Virus record (IMG/VR): IMGVR_UViG_3300044631_002617
Coordinates: 1 to 50,972 of that record
Length of the DNA: 50,972 nucleotides
Strand: one strand, 5' to 3'
DNA from: a virus
Lineage: Duplodnaviria > Caudoviricetes
The position numbers and the translations under genes were made by a program. Under the pieces are notes generated by a model. It saw only the letters and a program-made list of their open reading frames with translations. It ran no database searches and was not told where the DNA came from. Positions 17,507-27,257 of this stretch are shown piece by piece (position 1 is the first letter of the stretch; each line of letters starts with the position of its first letter).

Positions 17507-17586
17507 GTTCTGCTACACTACCCCGTACCCCACCAGCCGGGGGAGGGTTGCCCGCAAAGCGCCCTCCCCCTCATTGACCCCCGGAT

Positions 17587-17630
17587 GGCCCCCGGTTGCC
17601 CCGCACGACGGAGAGCGACCGGGGGCTTTT
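17587..17630 (+). terminator. Intrinsic terminator-like hairpin
   Basis: GCCCCCGGTTGC...GCGACCGGGGGC followed by TTTT. Confidence 0.55.
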
Positions 17631-17651
17631 CCCGGGTGGGAAAGGACTCCC

Positions 17652-18095
17652 TTGTACCGAACCCGATTCGTTCTCCGCCTTCCCCTGCGCGACGCCGGCA
17701 AGGTCGCCACGCACATCGACGAGGTCGGTTGCGAATCAGGCACCATGCCCAACTCCGTGCACATCTCGTCCGACGAAGAGACCAAAGACGTCGTAGCTAC
17801 GGTCGACTACCACACCGCAACCTCCTCTGACAGCGACCTGATCATCGGCGCGTGGCGGAACACGGTCCCTGGCATTCAGGTCGAACGCCAGCACCGCATC
17901 AACCCCGACCACTTCGAGACCTTTGCGCTCACGGGGCAGAACGGGCGTGCGCTCCGGCACGCCCTCGCCCGTGATGTGCGCGAACTTTGCGTTCGCGGCG
18001 TGGGCAGCAAGGGCATCCTCGAGTACCTCGAAGAATGCGAAGCCATCGTCGGTGAGATGCGGGAGTTCGTACAATCCATGCGTGCACCAATCTGA
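17652..18095 (+). CDS. Hypothetical protein
   Basis: AAAGGA RBS then a TTG start within ORF 17574..18095. Confidence 0.65.
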   Translation: MYRTRFVLRLPLRDAGKVATHIDEVGCESGTMPNSVHISSDEETKDVVATVDYHTATSSDSDLIIGAWRNTVPGIQVERQHRINPDHFETFALTGQNGRALRHALARDVRELCVRGVGSKGILEYLEECEAIVGEMREFVQSMRAPI

Positions 18096-18528
18096 ACACG
18101 GCCTGTCCGCAGTCATCCAGAAGCACGACGGCGAACCCCTCTCCATCACCGGCCCCTCCCCCTTCGCCGACACGACCGAACCCCTCCCCGCCCACTGCGG
18201 CATCCTCCGCGCACAGACCGGCTGGTGGGGCATAGTCGTACACCGACCCCGCGGCGTACACCCCCAAGAGGCCGTGCAGCACTTTGAGATCGAACCGCAG
18301 CCCATCGTGTGGTGCGGACCCAACGCGACCATCGGCCTGTATCGGCTCCCCACCAACCAGCTCGTGGTCTCCGCCCGGATCCAGGAGTCTGGCGTGATGC
18401 AGATGAAGTCCGTCATCGCAGGCGAGACCGGTCGGGACTACGCGGACAGCCGGTTTGACAAGCGTCGCATCCCCGCAGGCGTGCGCTGGCTGCCCGGCAA
18501 GCAGCTCCAGCTCTGGTTCAGTCTCTAA
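18082..18528 (+). CDS. Hypothetical protein, last gene of the rightward arm
   Basis: Typical codon usage, start uncertain, stop overlaps the converging gene. Confidence 0.65.
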   Translation: MHQSEHGLSAVIQKHDGEPLSITGPSPFADTTEPLPAHCGILRAQTGWWGIVVHRPRGVHPQEAVQHFEIEPQPIVWCGPNATIGLYRLPTNQLVVSARIQESGVMQMKSVIAGETGRDYADSRFDKRRIPAGVRWLPGKQLQLWFSL

Positions 18529-21500
18529 CGATTGCCCCACCTGTACATATCACCCTGCTGCACGACCGTAGCGGGACCCGGCATCAGCAGGCCCGGCATG
18601 TACTGCTGCACGGCCTGAGCGTACTGGCCACGCATCGTCTGGTCCACGGACTCCAGCTCGCGGGCAACGATGGACTTCTCACGCACCTTCATGGCTTCCT
18701 TAAACTGAGCCTGCGTAACGGTCAGCGGCAGCCCGAACTGCTTCTCGAACCGCGCCTTTACCTGCTTGGCCGCGCTCATGTTGTTGCCCAGCACGGCCGC
18801 GATGAACTGCCGGCGACCCTCACGGATCTGCTCGCGGTTCTTGAGGATGAACTGGCTCAACTCCTGCGGCTGCTGGAACCTACCCAGGTCCGCACCGAAC
18901 GCCCTCAGCACCACGTCGCTGGTGGGGTACTGTCCCATGAACCGCTGGTCGCTGTCGTACACAGGCACCATGCCGCTGCCTGACTGACGCCAATCTGCGT
19001 ACGTCTTCTGCAAGCCCAACGCCTGAAGCGGCGCAGACTCCGGCAACGCTCCCAACGCACGACTGACCGCAACGCCGCCCGGAATCGCACGCGGCACCCA
19101 ATCCTGCAGGATCTCGCTGTCACCCGTGGCCAAGTACCGCGCTGCATCCCAACCCACGTCCACGATGGGCGGGATGTACATGGGGAAGTTCTTCTGCGTC
19201 AGCGCACTTGATCCCCCCACCAGATCGACCGGACCACCGAACGCAAGGCCGCGGCTGATGTCCGCGCCCAGCATGTTCTTGAAGATCTCGTATGTGACCG
19301 CGCTCACCGCAGCCATCTTCGTCAGGTCAACCAGCGTGATGCCGAACCGATTTCGCACGGGCTTGCCCAGCACCATGCGCTCATCGCCCATCATGGACGG
19401 CAGTGTGAACAGGTTTACGAGGGAGCGGAACCCGTACTGCGCAAACTGGCGGAACTCAGGACGACGCAGGAAAGGCTGGAAGAACGCGCTCGGTCGGTTG
19501 ATGGGACTGCCGCCGAACTGGAACTGCTGCACCGCAGACTCCGCGTCCAGCATGGCGCGGTGGAAGTCGAGGCCCGCCGTCCGTCCTGCCTTCTCGTACA
19601 GGTTCAGCACCGCGTTCGACGTCATCACGCGGTTGACGGTCTCGGCCGTCTGGAACGGGATCATCATCATCTCAAGCAGCTTGAAGCTCGGCTTGCCCAC
19701 CGTAGGACGCACGCCAAACCCAGCCTTCTCGATCATGTTCCACGTCTGCCCGATGTCCGACACGTCAACCAGACTCACGCGCCCACGCCCGAACGTACGG
19801 CTGAACACCCGCTGGCGCATCTCCTCGACTTCTGCCTGCGAAGCCCCACCACCCAGCTTCATGCGCTCCAGGGCGTAGTTGCCCACCATGTTCAGACTCT
19901 GCCAGTACGCCTTGGCCGACGCCTTCATGCCGTACTGGTGCACGGTCTGGAGAGGCTGCAGCAGGTTGATGATCGCGCTGCCCATGTTCAGGCCAAGGTG
20001 GCTTGAGTACAGCAGGCGGGTCGCAGCACCCCACGGCTGGTTCGGATCGGCCATGGGATCGTTGCCCCACATCCGCATCTCCTGCACGAACCGGGCTGGG
20101 ACCCCGCCCATCCGCTCAACCGTCTTCATGAACCGGCTGTTGGCAAGACGAAGCGCGCTCTCCCGGATCGTCGCGCTGGCGACCGCCTGAGCCGCATCGT
20201 CCATGGGCTTCACGCCGAACATGGTCGGCAGGATGTGGTTGCGCCACAGGCCGATGGAGAACTTCTCGTTGGGCTGCGCGGCCTGCACGGCCCGCAGATC
20301 GGCGTCCATCAACTGAGCCAGTGAGAACCCACCAACCGGCCGCATCTCAGCCGGAATCTCCTCAAGCCGCGACACGCCCGCAGACACGCCAGCCTGCGAC
20401 GACCCGAGCGGTCCAGTCATCCGAGCCTTGCTGCCCCCACCAGGCCCATAGTCCAGCATGATGGCACGGATACGGGGGTCAGCCACCGCATCCATCGAGT
20501 GCAGCGCGTAGTCGCGGGCGGTGGAAGCGATGTACTTGCTGGCCGCAAGGTCGGGCGCAATCCGCATCACCCGGTACTGGTTGCTGTTCTCCAGCTGCCC
20601 CTGCACCCGGCGATTGGCGTGGCGAATCAGCTTCTCCAGATGCGTGGTGCCCCCGAAGTACCGCCGGATGAACTCCAGGTCCTCAGGCGCATACGGCACG
20701 TTCGTGCGCTGGCCACGGGCAATCGTCCGTCCGCTGGCCGACATACCGAACTCAACCCCGCTCACGCCCCCGCTGGTGGGGGCATTCACGTCAAACGGGT
20801 TGAACGCCACCCGCTTGTTGCCCCGGTCCCTCATCTCCAGCGTGTTGCGGGGCATGTAGTAGGGATCCTCGAACCCCTTCCGGTACGCCTCCGCCACGAC
20901 CTTCTCGATCTCAGCCCGCGTAGCACCCATGCGGATGCGCTTGCCCTCACTGCGTTCCGCAGCCCGCAGCAGCCGTCCGCCAACCTCGTCGCTCAGCAGA
21001 GCCCGGATTGCCTCCGAACCGCCCAGTTCGATGTTGCCGCCGGACGTCATCAACTTGTTGTCGATGAGCATCTGCACCTGGCTGCTCGCCAGACGCAGCA
21101 ACTTTCCGTTGTCAAACCGGAACCGACCGGTCTCCGCGTAGTGAGCCTCGTCCCCCACCAGATGCATGCGGGAACGCTCGTACATCTGCTCCTGCGCCCG
21201 CACAAGCCCGGCCAGCCCCAGTTCCGTTTCAACCCGCTCAACCTCGTTCAGGTTGCGGATCCACTTCTTGCGGAGCTTCGGGCTCCACTTGACCTTGACT
21301 CCGCCCTCCACGAGGCTGGCCACCGACAGCGACGGATCGTTGCGGTCCATCACGTTCCGCGTAAGTTCGCCCTTGAGGCCCAGCCGGAACACAACCTTGT
21401 CGAGCTTGCGCTCGGTCATGTAGTCCAGCATGTTCATGCCTGCCGTTGGGCTGTTCATCTCCCGCAGCAGTTCGGTATTTTCGGCAAGGTTGAGTTCCTG

Positions 21501-22277
21501 CCGATACTTCCCGTCCCGCGTCTGCTGGAACAGATCATGCAACTTGTAGAACAGGTCCTCAGTCACCTGCACCGCACGCGTCTTGGACTTGCGGTTCTCT
21601 TCCCGCGTCACCCGAATGTGGTAGCGTTCAGGCGCAACGCCTGCCAGCGCTTCCGTTTCCCGGTCAAGGTGCAGACCCTGCTTGCGGATCTCCAGCACAG
21701 CACGGATCAGCCGCAGGTCGTGTGCAATTGCCTCGTTTGGAGCAGCGTCGGGATTCAGGCTGGTGATCTTCTGCCTGTGCTTCTCCGACAACGTCTTCAG
21801 CACGCTGTTGACCTCGGGCTCCATGATGCCCGCAAGGTCCTTCTGCACCCGGTCAAGGTGGTGGCCTGACACCTGCGCCAGACCAGCAATGCGCCTGCCC
21901 CACGATTCCGTCATGCCGCTCGTGCCGTGAATGGCACGCGCAAACGGGAACATGGTCTTGAAATACGCGCCAGGGCCGCCGCCTCCCCCGAAGAAACGGC
22001 GACCCTCCATCACATTGACCGCACCCGGAGCAGCCCCACCGGCCACAAGCATGCCCATCCAGACGATGGGGTTGGCCATCACGTCAATGGCCGTGTCGAT
22101 CACCGCGTTGTTGCCGAACTGAGCCTTCAACTTGTCCGCAACAGATTCCCGTTCGCGGGGGCTCAGGGCGGCCGGATCAAACAGAACGCGACGCACCGAG
22201 TCGGTGGTCGCGATTCCGTTTGCCAGCTGCGCGATGATTACGCCTGGCTTGTCGTAGCTGCGTACCGGGTCAAACAC
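18525..22277 (-). CDS. 1250-aa probable internal virion / DNA ejection protein
   Basis: Largest ORF, helical composition, last gene of the virion operon. Confidence 0.65.
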   Translation of the reverse strand: MFDPVRSYDKPGVIIAQLANGIATTDSVRRVLFDPAALSPRERESVADKLKAQFGNNAVIDTAIDVMANPIVWMGMLVAGGAAPGAVNVMEGRRFFGGGGGPGAYFKTMFPFARAIHGTSGMTESWGRRIAGLAQVSGHHLDRVQKDLAGIMEPEVNSVLKTLSEKHRQKITSLNPDAAPNEAIAHDLRLIRAVLEIRKQGLHLDRETEALAGVAPERYHIRVTREENRKSKTRAVQVTEDLFYKLHDLFQQTRDGKYRQELNLAENTELLREMNSPTAGMNMLDYMTERKLDKVVFRLGLKGELTRNVMDRNDPSLSVASLVEGGVKVKWSPKLRKKWIRNLNEVERVETELGLAGLVRAQEQMYERSRMHLVGDEAHYAETGRFRFDNGKLLRLASSQVQMLIDNKLMTSGGNIELGGSEAIRALLSDEVGGRLLRAAERSEGKRIRMGATRAEIEKVVAEAYRKGFEDPYYMPRNTLEMRDRGNKRVAFNPFDVNAPTSGGVSGVEFGMSASGRTIARGQRTNVPYAPEDLEFIRRYFGGTTHLEKLIRHANRRVQGQLENSNQYRVMRIAPDLAASKYIASTARDYALHSMDAVADPRIRAIMLDYGPGGGSKARMTGPLGSSQAGVSAGVSRLEEIPAEMRPVGGFSLAQLMDADLRAVQAAQPNEKFSIGLWRNHILPTMFGVKPMDDAAQAVASATIRESALRLANSRFMKTVERMGGVPARFVQEMRMWGNDPMADPNQPWGAATRLLYSSHLGLNMGSAIINLLQPLQTVHQYGMKASAKAYWQSLNMVGNYALERMKLGGGASQAEVEEMRQRVFSRTFGRGRVSLVDVSDIGQTWNMIEKAGFGVRPTVGKPSFKLLEMMMIPFQTAETVNRVMTSNAVLNLYEKAGRTAGLDFHRAMLDAESAVQQFQFGGSPINRPSAFFQPFLRRPEFRQFAQYGFRSLVNLFTLPSMMGDERMVLGKPVRNRFGITLVDLTKMAAVSAVTYEIFKNMLGADISRGLAFGGPVDLVGGSSALTQKNFPMYIPPIVDVGWDAARYLATGDSEILQDWVPRAIPGGVAVSRALGALPESAPLQALGLQKTYADWRQSGSGMVPVYDSDQRFMGQYPTSDVVLRAFGADLGRFQQPQELSQFILKNREQIREGRRQFIAAVLGNNMSAAKQVKARFEKQFGLPLTVTQAQFKEAMKVREKSIVARELESVDQTMRGQYAQAVQQYMPGLLMPGPATVVQQGDMYRWGNR

Positions 22278-22294
22278 CCGTTACCTCCGTGCGG

Positions 22295-22741
22295 TCAAGC
22301 GCCGCGGTACAGGAGGGTCACGCTGTTGAAGACGCTGTTGGTCGTGGCGTGGTTGCTGGCCAGGAAGCCAATCGCCTTACCAGCCGGGACCACGATGGGC
22401 TTGTAAGCCGCGGGACCCGTCGTCACGCCGTTGTCGTTGATGACGTGGGTCTGCGTGCCAATCGCGGCCACGTCCGTGAACGCAGCGCCGCAGGCCGTCA
22501 CGCCAGTAGCAAGCGAAGTGCCGGGGTCGGCGTAGCCGCAGGTGAACGTCATGCCCGAGGTCGGAGCGCTGCTGCCGCCACGGTTCATCGAGAAGCCAAG
22601 GATCTCGACGGCGAACGGGAAGCAAGCCACGGTCGTGAACAGGTTCTGCGTCGGGGCAGTGCCTGCAGCAGCCGAACCGAAAGCCTCGGTCAGAACGCTG
22701 TAGGGCGGGGTCAGGTAGATGCTGGTGTCAAGTGCTGCCAT
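22295..22741 (-). CDS. Small beta-rich structural protein
   Basis: T/A/G-rich, in the virion operon. Confidence 0.7.
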   Translation of the reverse strand: MAALDTSIYLTPPYSVLTEAFGSAAAGTAPTQNLFTTVACFPFAVEILGFSMNRGGSSAPTSGMTFTCGYADPGTSLATGVTACGAAFTDVAAIGTQTHVINDNGVTTGPAAYKPIVVPAGKAIGFLASNHATTNSVFNSVTLLYRGA

Positions 22742-22787
22742 GGTGGGGTCCTAGTGTGGGGTGCGTGGGGTGAGTGTGCGAGGGACT

Positions 22788-23210
22788 TTAGTTCAGGCGG
22801 CTGCGGAAGCGGATCTGAATGGCCACGACGGTGTTGGCGTCACCGTTGCCGCTAAAGCCGAGCCAGTTACCAGCCTTGACGAGGTTTGTGTCGTTGGCCG
22901 GAGTCGCGAGTGCGGGACGGAAGGTGCCGGCGGTGGTGATTGACTGCACCGGCGAGTACAGGGACGTACCCGATTGGATGTCCGCGGCAAGCGCGGAAGC
23001 CGGCGAGGCGAGGGTGCCAGTCGTTGTCTTGTTGAACCCGATTCGGGAGCCGGCACCGCCACCAACGGACACGCCGATAGTGATCGAGTCAATGACGATG
23101 TCGCGGTCAGCGTAAAGAAACGCGGTGCCGCTGGAGAACGCGCCGCGAATGACGTAAGTGAGGACCTGGAAGTCGTCGGTGTAGTACTGGGTCTGGAGAA
23201 CGTTGGGCAT
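22788..23210 (-). CDS. Small beta-rich structural protein
   Basis: AAGGAA RBS, composition similar to its neighbour. Confidence 0.7.
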   Translation of the reverse strand: MPNVLQTQYYTDDFQVLTYVIRGAFSSGTAFLYADRDIVIDSITIGVSVGGGAGSRIGFNKTTTGTLASPASALAADIQSGTSLYSPVQSITTAGTFRPALATPANDTNLVKAGNWLGFSGNGDANTVVAIQIRFRSRLN

Positions 23211-23233
23211 GGGGGGTTCCTTGGGTCTTGAGT

Positions 23234-23728
23234 TTACTGGGAGAATCGGCCGTCCGCCATGGACCGGCCAAGTTCATTCAACAAATCCTGGCGGGGTGCC
23301 CCGCCAAGGACAACGGCTCCGGACGGCAGCCGACGACCGGCCGCCACCGACATGTACAGGTCCGGCGCGCGCTGCATGATCTGCTGCAGGTTCCGCTGGA
23401 TCGAGTCTTCGTACGACAGACCCTGCGCTTCATTGGTCAGGCTTGCCAGACCAGCATCCCGGACCTGACGCTGAAGGTCGTACGCAGCCTTGTCCATCAG
23501 CTGCTGTTCGGTAATGCCCGCCATCTGCATGCCCTTGCGTGCGCCGGCAGCCAAGCCAAGCCCACCAAGCGCCGCAAGCCCCGCGCGGCCCATGTTCTTG
23601 CGAGCTGCAGCACGGCGCAGGCTAGACATCTTGGCGTCCTGGCGACGCATGCGCTCGGCCATTGCCGGCGTAGCCAGTGCTTGGGCTCCCGCAGCAGCAG
23701 TAGGAATGGCCCGGCTCCTAGGCATCAC
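23234..23728 (-). CDS. Hypothetical virion protein
   Basis: Gly/Ala hydrophobic stretch, helical. Confidence 0.7.
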   Translation of the reverse strand: MMPRSRAIPTAAAGAQALATPAMAERMRRQDAKMSSLRRAAARKNMGRAGLAALGGLGLAAGARKGMQMAGITEQQLMDKAAYDLQRQVRDAGLASLTNEAQGLSYEDSIQRNLQQIMQRAPDLYMSVAAGRRLPSGAVVLGGAPRQDLLNELGRSMADGRFSQ

Positions 23729-24200
23729 CCATAGCCTCCATCATCTGGATTACTTCAAGCGGCGTGATCCCACGCTCGGACTGAAGCGCAGCAATGCGCG
23801 CCTCTTGCCCCGCCAGGATGTCATTCAGTTCCCGCGATCCATATGGACGCTGGCGACGGAACCGTTCCATGCTCTTCGCACCACGTGCAACCTCACGCAG
23901 CAGCTCGTCCTCTTCCATCAAGTCAGTCAGCGAGCGACGACCCCCACCAGCCACCAGATCGTTGAGATCGCTTGGCTCTCCGTACTGCGGCTGACCACCC
24001 ATCTTCGCCGCGCGCTCTGCCTCAAGCTTCTCGCCGATCTCCATCTGCTTACGCATCTGGTCTTCAACAGACCCATGCAGCAAACGGCTCACGCCTTCCC
24101 ATGCCGCAATGCCACCCAGCGTTGTTAGCGCGTGTGCGCCAATCTTTGCTGCTGCACCGCCGCTGAAGAGTCCTGCAAGGGGAGCAATAAATGCGGGCAT
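23718..24200 (-). CDS. Hypothetical virion protein (pilot-like)
   Basis: GGAGG RBS, N-terminal Gly/Ala hydrophobic segment. Confidence 0.7.
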   Translation of the reverse strand: MPAFIAPLAGLFSGGAAAKIGAHALTTLGGIAAWEGVSRLLHGSVEDQMRKQMEIGEKLEAERAAKMGGQPQYGEPSDLNDLVAGGGRRSLTDLMEEDELLREVARGAKSMERFRRQRPYGSRELNDILAGQEARIAALQSERGITPLEVIQMMEAMGDA

Positions 24201-24529
24201 TACGCTTCCTCCGTGAACACAATCGCCTGCTCGTGGTCAGGCGATCCAACCTTGCCGACCTTGCCCCACCAGCTGGTGGGGGACTCACGCTCAACGTACA
24301 CCAGAACATCCGGGTCGCGCCAGACGGGATTGTATCGGACTTCCCACAGCCAGCGACGCAGGGTGCGCGGAGTTACCTTGGTGAACTGGCGGTCCAGGCC
24401 CTCGACCGGCACGAACGCACGGTCCCCCACCAACTGGAACCCGTTGCGGGAGTCGGGGGTAGACAGCGCGGTCCCAAACTGGTGGGCCATGTGGGTCAGA
24501 AAGTGACTTGTGCGCTTCCAGTCGATCAC
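24200..24529 (-). CDS. Hypothetical protein
   Basis: Coupled to both neighbours (GTGA, TAATG). Confidence 0.7.
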   Translation of the reverse strand: MIDWKRTSHFLTHMAHQFGTALSTPDSRNGFQLVGDRAFVPVEGLDRQFTKVTPRTLRRWLWEVRYNPVWRDPDVLVYVERESPTSWWGKVGKVGSPDHEQAIVFTEEA

Positions 24530-26109
24530 GGTCGGGGACCCATCCGCCCAAGCAGGGCAGCAATTCCAGCCCGGTTAGCACCAATGCCAGCTTGCTGAGG
24601 GTACATAGCCTTGATCTGTGCCAGAACGTCGTCGTCCGACTGCATCTCAGCCAGGTCACCCAACTCGCGCGCCGCTGTTTCCGCGTCCGTCTGGGCCTGC
24701 GGTACAGCAGCCTGAGCCTTCTTCAGCTCACCCAGCCGGGCAGCGTCAAACCGACCAAGCAGCGCCTCGCCCGCCGAGTCCAGCGTGCCCTTGCGGCGCA
24801 TGCTGGCAATAACCTCGATGGCCGAACGCATGTCTTCCAGCGTCGTGTGGGATCCGTCGATCTTCAGCGCGGCCTTGCGCGCCAGCGACGAACGGGTCTT
24901 CAGCGCGTTCTTGGCCTGCTCCAGCGCCATGTTTTCCAGCGACTCCTGGCCGCCATACTGCTGGCGGTAACGCGCCTGCAGCTGCATGATCTTCATCCAC
25001 TCCGGGTTGGCCGTGTTCTCCTCGCTGCCCATGGCTGCTTCGTTGAGGAAGTGGTACATGGTCGACAGCGGGATGCCGGCCTGCTGCGCAAACTGCGCCA
25101 GCTGCGTCTTGTCCCCGTCACCCAGCGCGGACTCGACCGCACGTCGAGCGGCATCCTCGTTGAAGTTCGGCAGCTTCATGCCCCTGAACTGATCGACAAG
25201 GGCGGACGAAAGCTTGCGCTTCTCGCCCTCGGTGATGGTGTTGGCATCAACCGCACCAGACACCATCTTCGCGGACGACAACTCGGTGAAATCAAGTGCG
25301 CCAGTCAAACGACCCCACGAAGAGGGATCAACCTGCAGGTACTCAAACCCAGGCAGATCCCCGGCCTCGACCAGCGCCTGCACGTGGCTGATGTCCGGAG
25401 CAAGGGGTGCAAACTGGTAGTTGAACCCGCCCAACTTTTCGGCGCGCGTCTTGTTGTACGCGTCGATGTTGCTCTGAATGCTCGAAGCACCAAGACGGCC
25501 GAGGAACCCGGGCGTGTGCGACTTGGCAATCTCCAGCTCGTGCTGCTTGCCGTTGATCACCTGCTCGTACTGGTCGACAAGCGAAGTGAACATGCCCTGC
25601 ACCTGCTCCTGCGACTTGCCCAGCGCAGCCTTTGCCATGGCCAGCTTCTGAGCCCGCTGGGAAATCATCTTCTTGGTGGCTTGCCGAGTTGCAAGGATCT
25701 GCTGCGCGGCCGCCTGTTCACCCCGAGCATGAGCCTCCTGCGCCTGCAAGTCTAGGTCCGCAAGTTCAAGATTCATCTTGTTGAGGTCGTAGGTCTGGCG
25801 TTCCTGCCACTTCATGAACGCGTCCTGCTGCGCCTGCTCAAACTTCTGGCGATCGGCCTGCAGCGTCTGCTGATTCTGGAATCCCTGCTGCGACAGGTTG
25901 AGGTCATGCTGGCGCTGGCGCTCAGCCTCCTGCAGCGAAGTTGCAAACTGATCGGCCTGCTGGCCCATCTGCTGCTGAGCCAGCTGCATGTTCTGCTGGT
26001 TCTGGAACGCCTGCTGCGCCATGGCGCGGTTCTGCTGCTCCGTGTTGAGCAGATCGCTGTACGCCTGATGGCCGGTGGGGGTGATCGCACTGCCGAGCTG
26101 ACTAGCCAT
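24526..26109 (-). CDS. Gln-rich coiled-coil probable ejection protein
   Basis: Q-rich helical N-terminal half, position after tail genes. Confidence 0.65.
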   Translation of the reverse strand: MASQLGSAITPTGHQAYSDLLNTEQQNRAMAQQAFQNQQNMQLAQQQMGQQADQFATSLQEAERQRQHDLNLSQQGFQNQQTLQADRQKFEQAQQDAFMKWQERQTYDLNKMNLELADLDLQAQEAHARGEQAAAQQILATRQATKKMISQRAQKLAMAKAALGKSQEQVQGMFTSLVDQYEQVINGKQHELEIAKSHTPGFLGRLGASSIQSNIDAYNKTRAEKLGGFNYQFAPLAPDISHVQALVEAGDLPGFEYLQVDPSSWGRLTGALDFTELSSAKMVSGAVDANTITEGEKRKLSSALVDQFRGMKLPNFNEDAARRAVESALGDGDKTQLAQFAQQAGIPLSTMYHFLNEAAMGSEENTANPEWMKIMQLQARYRQQYGGQESLENMALEQAKNALKTRSSLARKAALKIDGSHTTLEDMRSAIEVIASMRRKGTLDSAGEALLGRFDAARLGELKKAQAAVPQAQTDAETAARELGDLAEMQSDDDVLAQIKAMYPQQAGIGANRAGIAALLGRMGPRP

Positions 26110-27257
26110 TATCCAACCCTCCCAAACAGAGCGCCCATTTCAGGGCTCATCTGCTGTCCACGACGCACGTCCGCCGCACTCACCATGCGCGTCAGCGTCT
26201 CGAAGATTGACATCGGACCCATAGGCATGGCGTTGATGAGGTTGGCCGCCAGCTGGTTCCCATTCAGCGTGTACTGCAACGCGTTGGCCTGCGCGCTCTG
26301 CAGCAGGCTGCTGTTGAACTGCGCCATGTTGTTGTAGAAGTTGCCGATCTGTTCTTCGGCCTGCTGACGCATAGCCGAGCCCTGCAGACCCAACTGGCCA
26401 ATTGCCTGACCCACACCCACGCCGAGCTGGCCGAGCTGCGCACCCGCACTCGCCTGCATCTGGCTGATGTTCTGGTCCAGCGCAAGCAGCGTATCCCGAG
26501 CCCGTGCGTCCGCCTGCGCAGCAAGCGCGCTCGACTGCTGCTGCATTCCCTGCCGCAGCTCGCCGGTCATCAGGTCCTTCTGCTCCTGCGTCAGATCATC
26601 GCGCCGGGCAATCTGGTCCAGCTGGTTCTTGTACTGCTGCTGGATGCCCATGACCTGCGCGGCCGTGTCGCTGCGGTTGGTCGAGTCAAACCCGGCGCGA
26701 GACGCCTGCATCGTGCCAATGCCCTGATCGAAGCGCGTCCGCGCCTCGCCCAGGCTCGACTGCATCTGCCGCGTCGCCTCTCCAATTGCCCGCTGGCCGC
26801 TTGCCGCAGCCTGGCGCATCTGGTCGGCCTGACCCTGCATCAACTGCATGTTCTGCTGACCCGACTGCCGAGCGTCCTGCACCATCTGGCCCGCGCCCTG
26901 CATGCTGCCCATGATGCTGCCAAACAGCCCGCGGTACATGTCCAGCTCCTGCTGCCGAGCCCGTTCCGCGTTCTGGTAATCCTGCCCCAGCGCACCCGCC
27001 AGTGCCTGACCGTACGTCAGATTGGCGCCGGGAGTTTGCGTAGGGAAACTAGTTCGGCTTCCCAACTCAGAGTGCGGGTTGGTGATGGGCCGAGTCCGAC
27101 TCTGCAATTCGCCAGGCAAACGAAAGGTGCCCGAGCCGCTTACAAAGCCCGTGTTCATGAAATTCTGGTTGTTGCCACTCTGCTGCTGCTGCTGGCCCTG
27201 TCCGCCGAACAGCCCCTGCAGGTTCTGCCACCAATTACCGCCGCCGAACTGACTCAT
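26109..27257 (-). CDS. Gln/Gly/Met-rich probable ejection protein
   Basis: GGAGG RBS, low-complexity helical sequence. Confidence 0.65.
   Translation of the reverse strand: MSQFGGGNWWQNLQGLFGGQGQQQQQSGNNQNFMNTGFVSGSGTFRLPGELQSRTRPITNPHSELGSRTSFPTQTPGANLTYGQALAGALGQDYQNAERARQQELDMYRGLFGSIMGSMQGAGQMVQDARQSGQQNMQLMQGQADQMRQAAASGQRAIGEATRQMQSSLGEARTRFDQGIGTMQASRAGFDSTNRSDTAAQVMGIQQQYKNQLDQIARRDDLTQEQKDLMTGELRQGMQQQSSALAAQADARARDTLLALDQNISQMQASAGAQLGQLGVGVGQAIGQLGLQGSAMRQQAEEQIGNFYNNMAQFNSSLLQSAQANALQYTLNGNQLAANLINAMPMGPMSIFETLTRMVSAADVRRGQQMSPEMGALFGRVG

Noticed and set aside
18525-22277. Tape measure protein or virion RNA polymerase
   Set aside because: I found no tail tube or sheath genes and no RNAP motifs, so an ejection protein fits better, though this is unproven.
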